Positions 44,411-53,860 are shown, counted from the stretch's first letter. The stretch is DNA of 64,000 nt from Thermosediminibacteraceae bacterium (GCA_021890755.1 JAKKUQ010000003.1:3292-67291), one strand, 5' to 3'. The notes: a model not told the origin generated them from the sequence alone. Made by a program: numbers and translations.

Positions 44411-45229
44411 ATGGTTAAAAGCTTTACAGTAAGAACTTTAAGTGCCGCAATTGGAATTTTATTTCTTTATTTTGTAATTAGCAAAGGAGCAATCACTTTT
44501 TTAGGGTTTATTGTATTGATGAATATAATTGCCAATTGGGAACTTTTCAAAGCTTTTAAAGAAGCCGGTATAGAAATAAATTTGATCTCTAGTGCGCTGC
44601 TAGGTACATTTTTGCTTACCACAGTACATTTTTTTACAGATACTAAAATATTTTTTCTACCCTTTTTCGTTATAATAGTTATAGAATTTCTTTCTTCTAT
44701 GATGAATTATAAACGAAACAAATTGGAGAATATAGTTTTCACGATATTTTCTTTCATATATACTTCTATTCCCCTTACCTACATAATACTGCTCAGAAAG
44801 CTTCCCTTTGGGATAGCTTTTTTGTGGTGGGTATTTATAACTACTTGGAGCTGCGATACGTTTGCTTACATAACTGGAATGCTCGCTGGAAACCACAAAC
44901 TTGCTCCCATCATAAGTCCAAATAAGAGCATCGAAGGCAGTATTGGTGGAATATTGGGGAGCGTCGTAGCTAGTTCTTTATTTGCTATGCTAACATTACC
45001 GCAGGTGCTATTTTGGGATTCAGTGATGGTAGGACTGTTAATAGGGGTTTTTTCTCAAATAGGAGATTTATCTGCATCTCTGATAAAAAGGTTCTGTGGT
45101 ATAAAAGATTTTTCAAATTTAATTCCAGGTCACGGCGGAGTTTTAGATAGATTCGACAGCACTCTGTTTTCCTTCCCCATTGCATATTATTATATTGTAA
45201 CAGCCATTCAGAAGGGTGGTCTTCTTTGA
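44411..45229 (+). CDS. cdsA: Phosphatidate cytidylyltransferase
   Basis: Polytopic. CdsA signature SLIKRFCGIKDFSNLIPGHGGVLDRFDS. Confidence 0.9.
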   Translation: MVKSFTVRTLSAAIGILFLYFVISKGAITFLGFIVLMNIIANWELFKAFKEAGIEINLISSALLGTFLLTTVHFFTDTKIFFLPFFVIIVIEFLSSMMNYKRNKLENIVFTIFSFIYTSIPLTYIILLRKLPFGIAFLWWVFITTWSCDTFAYITGMLAGNHKLAPIISPNKSIEGSIGGILGSVVASSLFAMLTLPQVLFWDSVMVGLLIGVFSQIGDLSASLIKRFCGIKDFSNLIPGHGGVLDRFDSTLFSFPIAYYYIVTAIQKGGLL

Positions 45230-46269
45230 AATTGAAGGCAGAATATAGACCTATAGTTACTTTAGGACTTACCATAGCTATAGTGTCTTTAGCATTACTC
45301 GTTGTGATGAAGTACTTCTTACCCTTTGCAGTAGGTATGGTTATAGCACTAATAATAGACCCAATTGTAAACTTCGTCGAGTCGAAATTCAAGGTCAACC
45401 GTGGGATCACAGTCATTTTAGTGCTTTCTGCCATTTTCCTAGCTTTCGGATATCTAACGGTCCTTGCACTTTCTAGACTAACCCTTGAACTAGGTGAGCT
45501 GATAAACATTTTGCCTAATTACACCGATTATCTGAATGCAGTTTTTAGCAATATTAGTACATTTATGTTTTCAGTTTACGACATAATTCCTAAAGAAGTG
45601 ATAGATTATCTTACGAAGAACTGGGGACAGGTTATAAGCTATCTGACAGGGTTTTTATCGAAATTTTATACCTTTCTTGTAGAAAAGCTCGTTTTAATAC
45701 CAACTTCACTGGTATTTCTTATCTTTGCCTTTTTATCCAGCTTCTTTTTCGCTAAAGATAAAGATAAGATTATAAAATCAGTAAAAAGTATTTTACCGCA
45801 GTGCTGGTATAAAAAGCTGGAAAACATACAATCGGAACTTTTCATATCCATCATAGGTCTTATTAAAGCTCAAATAATCCTGGTACTAATCTCGACAATT
45901 GTCACTATAGCCGGGTTTTATATTCTCAATGTCAATTATGCTTTAACTTTAGGTATAATTTGTGGGATTCTCGATATACTTCCTATTATCGGACCGAGTT
46001 TAATATTCATCCCTTGGGCTATCGTATCATTCCTCCTTGGAAATTTAAAATTTTCTCTATCGCTTTTAACTTTACATCTTGCTGTTTCTGGAGTGCGGCA
46101 AATTTTACAAGCGAAGGTCATAGGAACCCATTTGGGGTTAGATCCATTGGTAGCGCTTATATCAATTTATGTAGGAATAAAAATATTTGGTTTCCTCGGA
46201 TTATTTATAGGACCTATGGTAGCTGTCATTGTAAAAGCAATGCTTCAATCAGGCTTTATTCGTTCTTAA
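45226..46269 (+). CDS. AI-2E family permease / sporulation integral membrane protein YtvI-like
   Basis: Polytopic ~347-aa protein with an AI-2E-like C-terminal region (GILDILPIIGPSLIFIPWAI...GLDPLVALISIYVG). Confidence 0.7.
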   Translation: MKLKAEYRPIVTLGLTIAIVSLALLVVMKYFLPFAVGMVIALIIDPIVNFVESKFKVNRGITVILVLSAIFLAFGYLTVLALSRLTLELGELINILPNYTDYLNAVFSNISTFMFSVYDIIPKEVIDYLTKNWGQVISYLTGFLSKFYTFLVEKLVLIPTSLVFLIFAFLSSFFFAKDKDKIIKSVKSILPQCWYKKLENIQSELFISIIGLIKAQIILVLISTIVTIAGFYILNVNYALTLGIICGILDILPIIGPSLIFIPWAIVSFLLGNLKFSLSLLTLHLAVSGVRQILQAKVIGTHLGLDPLVALISIYVGIKIFGFLGLFIGPMVAVIVKAMLQSGFIRS

Positions 46270-46298
46270 TAAATAAAGAGCTCGGAAGGTGAAAAAAG

Positions 46299-47300
46299 TT
46301 GTCAACATTAATAACTTCCATTATTGTCTTCGGTGCACTTTTATTTTTTCACGAATTAGGTCATTTCACAGTAGCAAAACTATGTGGTATAAAAGTGAAT
46401 GAATTCAGTTTAGGTTTTGGACCAGGTTTATTCTCATTTAAAAAAGATGAAACCCAATATTCTATCCGCATTCTACCTTTTGGCGGGTACGTGAAAATGG
46501 AAGGTGAAGATGAAAAGACGCAAGATCCAAGAGCCTTCAGTAATAAGCCAGTTGGCTCTCGAATGGCAGTAATAATAGCTGGCCCATTGATGAATCTCTC
46601 GATGGCTGTAATTCTTATAGCATGGATAGGATTTTTTGCTGGTGTAGCAACTACGAAGGTTACAGTAATACCAGGTTCACCCGCAGAGCACGCTGGAATT
46701 AAAAATGGTGACATAATTACTGCTATTAATGATCAAAGAATTTCGTCTTGGGATCAAACAGTAAGCATAATCAGTCAGAAACCTAATCAAACGCTGAAGG
46801 TCGAAGTGCTGAGAGATGGGGAGAAAAAGGCATTTTACGTAAAGACAATGGTAGATCAGGATACTGGAAGAGGTATAATCGGTATAAAATCCACAGTAGT
46901 TCGATATTCTCTTTTACAAAGCCTGAAATCCGGGATCCAGAGGACAATGTGGGCGTCTAGCATGATCTTAACCTCAATCCCACAATTGTTCTCCGGAAAG
47001 GGTGTTTCAGATTTGGTTGGGCCTTTAGGTATAGCCCATATGGTAAGTGAAGCTGCAAGAGTTGGAATCTATAACGTTTTATCCCTTACAGCATTTATAA
47101 GCATAAACTTAGGTCTGATAAACCTTTTACCATTTCCAGCGTTAGATGGAAGTCGTTTGGTATTCCTTTTAGTAGAGTTCCTAAGGGGAAAACCGATAGA
47201 TCCCGAAAAGGAAGGCATGATTCATTTTCTTGGTTTCGCTTTACTGATGTTATTGATGGTATTTGTACTTTATCGAGACTTAATAAGATTTTATATGTAA
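46299..47300 (+). CDS. rseP: RIP zinc metalloprotease RseP/RasP (site-2 protease with PDZ domain)
   Basis: HELGHF zinc motif in TM1. PDZ segment ([18 protein letters not shown]). C-terminal [10 protein letters not shown] motif. Confidence 0.9.
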   Translation: MSTLITSIIVFGALLFFHELGHFTVAKLCGIKVNEFSLGFGPGLFSFKKDETQYSIRILPFGGYVKMEGEDEKTQDPRAFSNKPVGSRMAVIIAGPLMNLSMAVILIAWIGFFAGVATTKVTVIPGSPAEHAGIKNGDIITAINDQRISSWDQTVSIISQKPNQTLKVEVLRDGEKKAFYVKTMVDQDTGRGIIGIKSTVVRYSLLQSLKSGIQRTMWASSMILTSIPQLFSGKGVSDLVGPLGIAHMVSEAARVGIYNVLSLTAFISINLGLINLLPFPALDGSRLVFLLVEFLRGKPIDPEKEGMIHFLGFALLMLLMVFVLYRDLIRFYM

Positions 47301-47316
47301 CAAGGGGAGTATAAAA

Positions 47317-48408
47317 GTGAAAGACAAAATTTTAATAAAAAGGAGACCTACTAAAAAGGTATACGTGGGCGATATTTATATAGGTGGAGATTCTCCGGTA
47401 ACAGTTCAATCTATGACAAATACAAAGACCCATGATGTAAAGGCAACTGTGAACCAAATCCTAGCCCTTGAAGAGGCAGGTTGCGATATTGTACGCGTTG
47501 CTGTTCCCGATATGGAAGCCGCCAAAGCTATTGCTGAAATTAAAAAGAACATCCATATTCCTCTAGTTGCCGACATCCATTTCGATTACCGGCTTGCCCT
47601 TGAAGCAATAAAAAACGGTGCAGACAAAGTGAGGATAAATCCGGGCAACATTGGAGGATTAGAAAGAATAAAAAAGGTTGTCAAAGCAGCCCGAGAAAGA
47701 AATATTCCCATAAGAATTGGCGTGAATTCCGGATCGTTGGAAAAGGATATACTTGAAAAATACGGATCACCTTCTGCTGAAGCTTTGGTAGAAAGTGCCT
47801 TAAGGCATGTGAACATCCTTGAAGGACTGGATTTTAACGATATAATAATTTCAATAAAATCTTCCGATGTGTTAACTACAGTAAAAGCGTATGAAATGCT
47901 GGCGAAAAAGGTGGATTATCCTTTTCATCTTGGAGTAACCGAAGCAGGAACCATCTTTTCCGGCACAATAAAATCCGCAATCGGATTAGGTATACTACTT
48001 TACGAGGGAATAGGAGATACTATTAGGGTATCGCTGACAGGGGACCCCGTCGAAGAAGTACGGGTAGGTAAGGAAATATTAAAGAGTCTCAATTTGATTG
48101 AGAGCGGAGTTAACCTAATATCTTGTCCGACTTGTGGCCGTTGCCAAATAAATCTCATAGGCATAGCGCGTGAAGTCGAGAAAAAGTTAACTGGTATAAA
48201 AGAGCCCATCACAGTGGCTGTAATGGGATGCATAGTCAACGGTCCCGGTGAAGCAAGAGAAGCTGATATAGGAATCGCCGGCGGAAATGGAAAAGTTGCA
48301 GTGTTTAAAAAAGGCCGTATATTCAAAACGGTACCCGAAAGTGAAGCAGTTGATGTATTGATATCGGAAATACTGAGTATGTTGGATGAGAAAAAATATA
48401 AAGGCTAA
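47317..48408 (+). CDS. ispG: 4-hydroxy-3-methylbut-2-en-1-yl diphosphate synthase (flavodoxin)
   Basis: [22 protein letters not shown] and GC.VNGPGE motifs. Confidence 0.95.
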   Translation: MKDKILIKRRPTKKVYVGDIYIGGDSPVTVQSMTNTKTHDVKATVNQILALEEAGCDIVRVAVPDMEAAKAIAEIKKNIHIPLVADIHFDYRLALEAIKNGADKVRINPGNIGGLERIKKVVKAARERNIPIRIGVNSGSLEKDILEKYGSPSAEALVESALRHVNILEGLDFNDIIISIKSSDVLTTVKAYEMLAKKVDYPFHLGVTEAGTIFSGTIKSAIGLGILLYEGIGDTIRVSLTGDPVEEVRVGKEILKSLNLIESGVNLISCPTCGRCQINLIGIAREVEKKLTGIKEPITVAVMGCIVNGPGEAREADIGIAGGNGKVAVFKKGRIFKTVPESEAVDVLISEILSMLDEKKYKG

Positions 48409-48490
48409 TGTTTTATTGAGTGTAGTCTAATTCGAAATAAATTTATTGTAAATAATTTCGGATTCTTCAGTTTCAGATAGAAGGGGTAAA

Positions 48491-48898
48491 ATGAAAAGAA
48501 AAATTCCGTTTTTTACAAAACTACTATTCATATTGCTTATTTTTAATGTTTTTTTATTAGTATTTACAATCGTTTCAGTAAATTCGACTCCGGATAAATA
48601 TTTAAACAGGATATTGCAGGATATAGAAAACGGTAATGTTATGCAGTACAAACATAAAGAGAAACTTTTAGAAATAAAACAAATTTTTGACGAGCTAAGG
48701 AAAGCTGGATTTGAGAGGATTAATTATCATATTTCATACACCGGTAATAGCTATAGTGTAGATGCATCCTTCATAAATGTCAACAGCGGCTTTATTAGAA
48801 CTTTACTTCTTGATTTTAAATTCCGAAAAAAATATGCACTTTGTTATGAATTGGAAGATGTTAAACTAGAAAAATTAGGTGATAAAAATGCAAACTAA
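48491..48898 (+). CDS. Hypothetical membrane-anchored protein
   Basis: SD AAGGGG upstream. N-terminal TM helix plus a ~100-aa soluble domain. No family recognised. Confidence 0.5.
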   Translation: MKRKIPFFTKLLFILLIFNVFLLVFTIVSVNSTPDKYLNRILQDIENGNVMQYKHKEKLLEIKQIFDELRKAGFERINYHISYTGNSYSVDASFINVNSGFIRTLLLDFKFRKKYALCYELEDVKLEKLGDKNAN

Positions 48899-49223
48899 CA
48901 ATAAAAATATTATGCTTTGTGAACATTGTGGAAGGATAATAGAAACAAAAGAAGATTTAGTGGTGGCATTTTATTTTTTCACTCTGTCGGTATTCCATAA
49001 TGAATGCTATGGAAAAGGGCTGAAAAATAACGTTTTCCTAAGCTCACTTCCATTGAATGGAAATATATCTATTATTGCGACAATTATATTGTCTGTATTC
49101 AGTATATTGGTTTTTTTCTTCAGTCCAGAATATTATCCAAAGGTAATATCAGGGATAATAGCAATAATATGCCTTTTGCTACGGATTTACATATGGTTTA
49201 ATTACGAAAGCAAGTTCGATTAG
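48888..49223 (+). CDS. Hypothetical protein with an N-terminal CxxC...H..C segment and two or three TM helices
   Basis: SD AGGTGA lies before ATG 48888. LCEHCGR...FHNECYG is followed by hydrophobic helices. Overlaps the previous ORF. Confidence 0.45.
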   Translation: MQTNNKNIMLCEHCGRIIETKEDLVVAFYFFTLSVFHNECYGKGLKNNVFLSSLPLNGNISIIATIILSVFSILVFFFSPEYYPKVISGIIAIICLLLRIYIWFNYESKFD

Positions 49224-49228
49224 CTAGT

Positions 49229-49257
49229 TTGACAAAAAAATTTAACTCTGATAAAAT
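49229..49257 (+). promoter_or_regulatory. Sigma-A-type promoter of the proS T-box leader
   Basis: TTGACA, a 17-nt spacer, then TAAAAT. Confidence 0.6.
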
Positions 49258-49263
49258 AACTAA

Positions 49264-49503
49264 AAAAAATGAAAACCGTGCTAAATGGCGTTGATGGAGG
49301 CCAGTAAGAAGTAAACCCGATGAAAAGAGAGCGGTCCCATAGGCTGAAAGGCCCGCCATCGGGAGCTTCTGAAACCCACCTCCGGAGTCTGCCTGAAACG
49401 GCCGGCTTTTGCCGTTATCCAAATGAGTAACCCTTGAACTTTATTTTAAATTAGGGTGGTACCGCGAAAAAACCTTCGCCCCTTTGGTGCGAAGGTTTTT
49501 TTA
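49264..49503 (+). promoter_or_regulatory. T-box leader (tRNA-sensing riboswitch) with a proline specifier
   Basis: Conserved T-box sequence AAATTAGGGTGGTACCGCG (49448-49466). Stem I has an AGAGA element. The specifier loop GAAA-CCC-A (CCC at 49375-49377) is closed by GGAGG/CCTCC. Terminator AACCTTCGC/GCGAAGGTT plus a T run (49471-49503). Confidence 0.88.
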
Positions 49504-49547
49504 ATAATTCAATAATATTAATAAATTTTTCGGGAGGAGAAGGGGCT

Positions 49548-50984
49548 ATGGAAGAAAAATACGTCAAGGAAATTACCGCCAAATCAGAAGATTTTTCTCA
49601 ATGGTACGTAGACGTTATTATAAAAGGCGAACTTGCCGATTACTCTCCGGTTAGAGGATGTATGGTCATAAGACCTTATGGCTATGCTATCTGGGAAAAT
49701 ATGCAAAAACTCCTAGATCGCCGTTTCAAAGAAACAGGCCACAAGAACGCTTATTTTCCTTTATTCATACCCGAATCTTTGCTTCGAAAGGAAGCTGAGC
49801 ATATTGAGGGATTTGCCCCAGAAGTAGCATGGGTAACTCATGGGGGACAGGAGGAGCTTGCAGAACGCTTAGCCATTCGGCCGACCTCAGAGACAATTAT
49901 ATGTAGTATGTACTCAAAATGGATAAAATCTTGGAGGGATTTACCCGTTCTTATCAATCAATGGTGCAGCGTCGTTAGATGGGAAAAGAGCACCAAACCT
50001 TTCCTCAGAACAGCTGAATTCCTATGGCAGGAGGGCCATACTGCTCACAGGACAGAAGAGGAAGCTGAAGAAGAGACATTACTCATGCTTGAAGTATATC
50101 GAGATTTTGTTGAAACGGAACTGGCATTGCCAGTTATTAAGGGAAGAAAATCTGAAAACGAAAAATTTGCTGGTGCCTTAAGAACTTATACCATAGAAGC
50201 TATGATGAGCGATGGCAAAGCATTACAGGCCGGAACATCGCATAATTTAGGCCAGCACTTCTCAAAAGTGTTTGACATTCAGTTCTTAGACCAAGACGGC
50301 AAACTAAAGTATGTATGGCAGACTTCTTGGGGGGTTTCAACCCGCCTGATAGGCGCTGTTATAATGACTCATGGAGATGATAGGGGTCTCAAATTACCTC
50401 CTAGAATCGCACCAATCCAAGTAATTATCGTTCCTATTTTTGGCCAGCAAAAAGAAGCAGTCCTTGAGAAATCAAGGGAGCTATATCAGCTTCTTAAAAA
50501 CCACTTTAGAGTAGAGTTGGATGACCGCGATGAGCATACACCTGGGTGGAAATTTAACGAATGGGAAATGAAGGGAGTCCCAGTAAGGCTTGAAATAGGC
50601 CCGAGAGATATGGCACAAAACCAGGTTTTGCTGGTAAGAAGAGATACAGGCGAAAAAATATCAGTAAAGGAAGCAGATTTGATCAACTATTTATCTACTT
50701 TACTTGATGATATTCAGGCAAATATGTTCAAAGAAGCTAAAAAATTTATGGATGATAATACTACAACTACCACTAGTTTTGAAGAATTAAAAGACGTTGT
50801 AGCTAATAAAAAGGGATTTGTGAAAGCAATGTGGTGTGGCGATGGAGAATGCGAAAAGAGGGTAAAAGAAGAAACCGGCGCAACTCTCCGATGCATTCCT
50901 TTCGACCAGGAAGAGATTTCTGATAAATGTGTCGTATGCGGAAGAAAAGCACAAAAAATGGTCTACTTCGCAAAATCTTATTAA
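49548..50984 (+). CDS. proS: Prolyl-tRNA synthetase, archaeal/eukaryote-like type (no INS editing domain)
   Basis: 478 aa. Class II motifs (RPTSETII, RTAEFLWQEGHTAH, GVSTR). C-terminal zinc-binding domain ending ...YFAKSY. Preceded by the Pro T-box. Confidence 0.95.
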   Translation: MEEKYVKEITAKSEDFSQWYVDVIIKGELADYSPVRGCMVIRPYGYAIWENMQKLLDRRFKETGHKNAYFPLFIPESLLRKEAEHIEGFAPEVAWVTHGGQEELAERLAIRPTSETIICSMYSKWIKSWRDLPVLINQWCSVVRWEKSTKPFLRTAEFLWQEGHTAHRTEEEAEEETLLMLEVYRDFVETELALPVIKGRKSENEKFAGALRTYTIEAMMSDGKALQAGTSHNLGQHFSKVFDIQFLDQDGKLKYVWQTSWGVSTRLIGAVIMTHGDDRGLKLPPRIAPIQVIIVPIFGQQKEAVLEKSRELYQLLKNHFRVELDDRDEHTPGWKFNEWEMKGVPVRLEIGPRDMAQNQVLLVRRDTGEKISVKEADLINYLSTLLDDIQANMFKEAKKFMDDNTTTTTSFEELKDVVANKKGFVKAMWCGDGECEKRVKEETGATLRCIPFDQEEISDKCVVCGRKAQKMVYFAKSY

Positions 50985-51000
50985 AGGAAGGTATCTCAAA

Positions 51001-52482
51001 ATGAAGATAAGCGAAATATTTCCATCTACACTCTTTAACCTCCCGGCCGGTTTAAACAGCCGGGGGGAAAAATTTCTTTATCAAAGCGGGATATTGCGCA
51101 CAGGAGAAACGCTAACCCTTTTTGACCTAGGAGTTAAATTGTTTCAAAATTTAACGGAGTTTATAGAAGACTATTTAATTCTAACAGGCTTTAAAAAGAT
51201 AATGCAAAAGTACCCCACTTTTACAGACGTAGTAAAAGAGGTAACTTCCCCTAAGCAACTCCCTCTCTTTTTTTATAGCTTCTCTTCTGGTGGATTTCAC
51301 CTTCACATGTACGCCATAGGTGAAAAAAAATCATATATAATTAACAACGCGATTAATTACATGCTGGAAAGGTACCTACGGGATATGGTGGACGTAGGAA
51401 GGGGAAATGAGAAACTATCAAAAGCGGTGATGATCCCGAATGCTCCATTTAAATTCTTTTACTGTTCTTCCTGCGGGTACTCGACTACTGCTGACTATCC
51501 CCTAACCTATTCCGTAAATACCCTTTTACCCGGCGAAGAAAAACCTATGGAAAGAGTCTACACGCCCGCTAAAAGAACAATAAAGGATTTATGCGAATTT
51601 TTAGGAATAAAGCCTGAAGAAGCTGTAAAAACGATGATATATAAAGCTGTAACGGAGAAAGAAGAAGAAGAATATGTTGCTGTTCTAGTGCCGGGTTCGC
51701 GAAATATAGATGAAAAAAAATTAAAGGTAGCATTAGGAGTGCAAAAGGTGGAACTTGCTGATTTAGAAACTGTTGAACGACTAACAGGGGCACCCCATGG
51801 CTTTGCAGGTCCATGCGGACTAAAAGGTATAAAGATCGTCGCTGATACAGAAATTTCTCGCATGAAAAATTTCGTAGCCGGAGCTAATGTAAAAGATTAT
51901 CATTTAATTAACGTAAACCCTGGGCGGGATTTTGAAATAGACTTATTGGCCGATATCAAGGAGACGGTTGAAGGAGATTGCTGTCCTGTTTGCGGAAATA
52001 GGATAACCCAAAGTGAAGGTATAATAATAGCCGACTGGGAAAGAGTAATTTACCAGAGCAATGAAATAGAAATAGGAGTTCTTTATCTTGATAACTTGAT
52101 ATTAGCTATGGCTGAACAACATTGTGATGAACAGGGATTAATTTGGCCCGAAGATATAGCTCCATATAAAGCGATTGTAATACCAATTAACGCAAAAGAC
52201 GAAAATCAAATAAATTATGCCATGAAAATATATGAAGAACTTAATAAAATAATGCCAACCGCTCTAGACGACAGAACTCAAAGTCCTGGAGTGAAATTTA
52301 AAGATGCTGAACTTCTGGGGTTTCCCATTAGGATAATTATAGGCCCAAAATCACTGGAAAAAGGCGTTGCAGAAATAAAACTCAGGAAGACCGAAGAGAA
52401 GGTAGATGTTGAACTTGATAAAGTAACAGAAAAAGTGTGTGAAATTTTAGGCTTACCACCAAAGAGCGACGTTGAATTTTAA
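51001..52482 (+). CDS. Bacterial-type ProRS paralog with intact INS editing and anticodon-binding domains but an apparently degenerate catalytic core
   Basis: SD AAGGAAGG lies before ATG 51001. Retains the ProRS-like N-terminus, SPKQLPLFFY, INS motifs (AVKTMIYKAV, GAPHGFAGPCG, FVAGAN) and the anticodon-binding domain (IAPYKAIVIPIN...GVKFKDAELLGFPIRIIIG). I cannot find GPTHEE, motif 2 (FRDE.RPR) or motif 3. Confidence 0.8.
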   Translation: MKISEIFPSTLFNLPAGLNSRGEKFLYQSGILRTGETLTLFDLGVKLFQNLTEFIEDYLILTGFKKIMQKYPTFTDVVKEVTSPKQLPLFFYSFSSGGFHLHMYAIGEKKSYIINNAINYMLERYLRDMVDVGRGNEKLSKAVMIPNAPFKFFYCSSCGYSTTADYPLTYSVNTLLPGEEKPMERVYTPAKRTIKDLCEFLGIKPEEAVKTMIYKAVTEKEEEEYVAVLVPGSRNIDEKKLKVALGVQKVELADLETVERLTGAPHGFAGPCGLKGIKIVADTEISRMKNFVAGANVKDYHLINVNPGRDFEIDLLADIKETVEGDCCPVCGNRITQSEGIIIADWERVIYQSNEIEIGVLYLDNLILAMAEQHCDEQGLIWPEDIAPYKAIVIPINAKDENQINYAMKIYEELNKIMPTALDDRTQSPGVKFKDAELLGFPIRIIIGPKSLEKGVAEIKLRKTEEKVDVELDKVTEKVCEILGLPPKSDVEF

Positions 52483-52536
52483 TGCTAACTGTGATACATT
52501 TTTCTTGCTAAAACATTTAGGAAAGGAAGATTTTTA

Positions 52537-53181
52537 ATGCCGGTGGCAGCAATTATCCCAGCCTACAACGAGGAAAAAACTGTAGGAAATATCCTAAAAC
52601 TTTTAAAATCGATTGAGAGCATTGACGAGATAATCCTGGTGAGCGACGGATCGACAGATAATACTGCTAACATCGGCAGAAGCTATGGTGTAAAAGTCAT
52701 AGAACTTCCTCAAAATCGTGGAAAAGTCGGGGCTGTTATGTGCGGCGTAAAAAGTACCGACGCGGATGTTATACTCCTTTTGGATGCAGATTTAGTGGGC
52801 CTTAAAAGAGAGCATGTTTGCGAGCTTTTAAAGCCAGTTCTTGAAGAAGGAGCAGAAATGACTGTGGGAGTTTTCAAAAACGGCAGAGGAGCTACTGACC
52901 TTGCCCAAAAAATAGCTCCCTTCTTATCAGGTCAGCGTGCAATTCGTCGGTGGGTATTTGAGAAATTAGAAAGTTATAATATTAAAGATTACGGTCTCGA
53001 GATAGCCCTTACAATTTTAGCTAATAAAGAAAATTTAAAGATAAAAACTGTCATACTAAATGAGCTTACACATGTTATGAAAGAAGAAAAGCGTGGTTTT
53101 ATAATTGGCGCTATTTCGCGTTTGAAAATGTACTGGGATATACTAGCCTGTATATTGAGATTGAAACTAGAGGTGTTCTAA
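52537..53181 (+). CDS. Family 2 glycosyltransferase (short, soluble)
   Basis: IIPAYNEEKTVG...VSDGSTDNT...LLDADL DxD-type GT-A motifs. Confidence 0.75.
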   Translation: MPVAAIIPAYNEEKTVGNILKLLKSIESIDEIILVSDGSTDNTANIGRSYGVKVIELPQNRGKVGAVMCGVKSTDADVILLLDADLVGLKREHVCELLKPVLEEGAEMTVGVFKNGRGATDLAQKIAPFLSGQRAIRRWVFEKLESYNIKDYGLEIALTILANKENLKIKTVILNELTHVMKEEKRGFIIGAISRLKMYWDILACILRLKLEVF

Positions 53182-53847
53182 GTGGAACTTTCTCAGATGG
53201 ATATATTCTTGAGACTTTTCCTCTCGGTATTGCTGGGGGGCATTATAGGTATAGAAAGAGAAAGCGTAAATAGACCAGCGGGTTTTAGGACCCATGTACT
53301 GGTTTGCACCGGTTCAACCCTGACAATGCTGGTTTCTATATACATGTTTGAAAAATACCGCTTGCTTACTACTATGGACCCAGCACGAATTGCAGCACAG
53401 GTGGTTAGCGGCATTGGATTTTTAGGGGCGGGCACCATTTTGAGGGTAGGACCAACAGTAAAAGGATTAACTACCGCTGCTAGCCTCTGGACAGTAGGTT
53501 CTATTGGGCTTGCCATAGGTTGCGGATTTTATCTTGCTGCAGTAGTCGCCACTCTTCTTACTTTCATAACCCTGATGTCCCTTTCGCGAATCGAAAATTT
53601 AATAATCGGAAGAAAATTGTTACATTCTATGTGTTTAATCGTCGATGATAAGCCTGGTCAAATAGGCAAGATTGGCACGATTCTTGGCGAAATGGGTGTA
53701 AGTATTAAAAAAATACGAATTGAAAGTGAGAAAGACGATTCAAAGGTTATTATAAGGCTTTCAATACGCCTACCATCTAATGTGAAGCTAGATGAAGTAA
53801 TTTCGCGGTTTTCTCAAGTTGAAGGAATTTATAGTATCGAAACATAA
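53182..53847 (+). CDS. mgtC: MgtC/SapB family membrane protein with a C-terminal ACT-like domain
   Basis: RLFLSVLLGGIIGIERE...AGFRTH...GIGFLGAGTI signature. Soluble C-terminal regulatory domain. Confidence 0.85.
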   Translation: MELSQMDIFLRLFLSVLLGGIIGIERESVNRPAGFRTHVLVCTGSTLTMLVSIYMFEKYRLLTTMDPARIAAQVVSGIGFLGAGTILRVGPTVKGLTTAASLWTVGSIGLAIGCGFYLAAVVATLLTFITLMSLSRIENLIIGRKLLHSMCLIVDDKPGQIGKIGTILGEMGVSIKKIRIESEKDDSKVIIRLSIRLPSNVKLDEVISRFSQVEGIYSIET

Positions 53848-53860
53848 CTGGGGGATATCT

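Noticed and set aside
44985-45509. Long antisense ORFs inside well-supported + strand genes (for example 44985-45509, 57037-57585, 54364-54798, 23103-23582, 18189-18626, 40127-40510 and 20823-21218), plus all the shorter minus-strand ORFs in the track.
   Set aside because: Each lies entirely within a + strand gene with strong family motifs. Their products are low-complexity (Ser/Ile/Phe/Leu-rich), typical of the reverse frame of AT-rich coding sequence. I found no SD or promoter for any of them, and no credible minus-strand gene in the window.
49198-49422. 74-aa minus-strand ORF across the proS leader.
   Set aside because: It lies antisense to a T-box leader that has all the canonical elements. 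It has no SD and no recognisable family.
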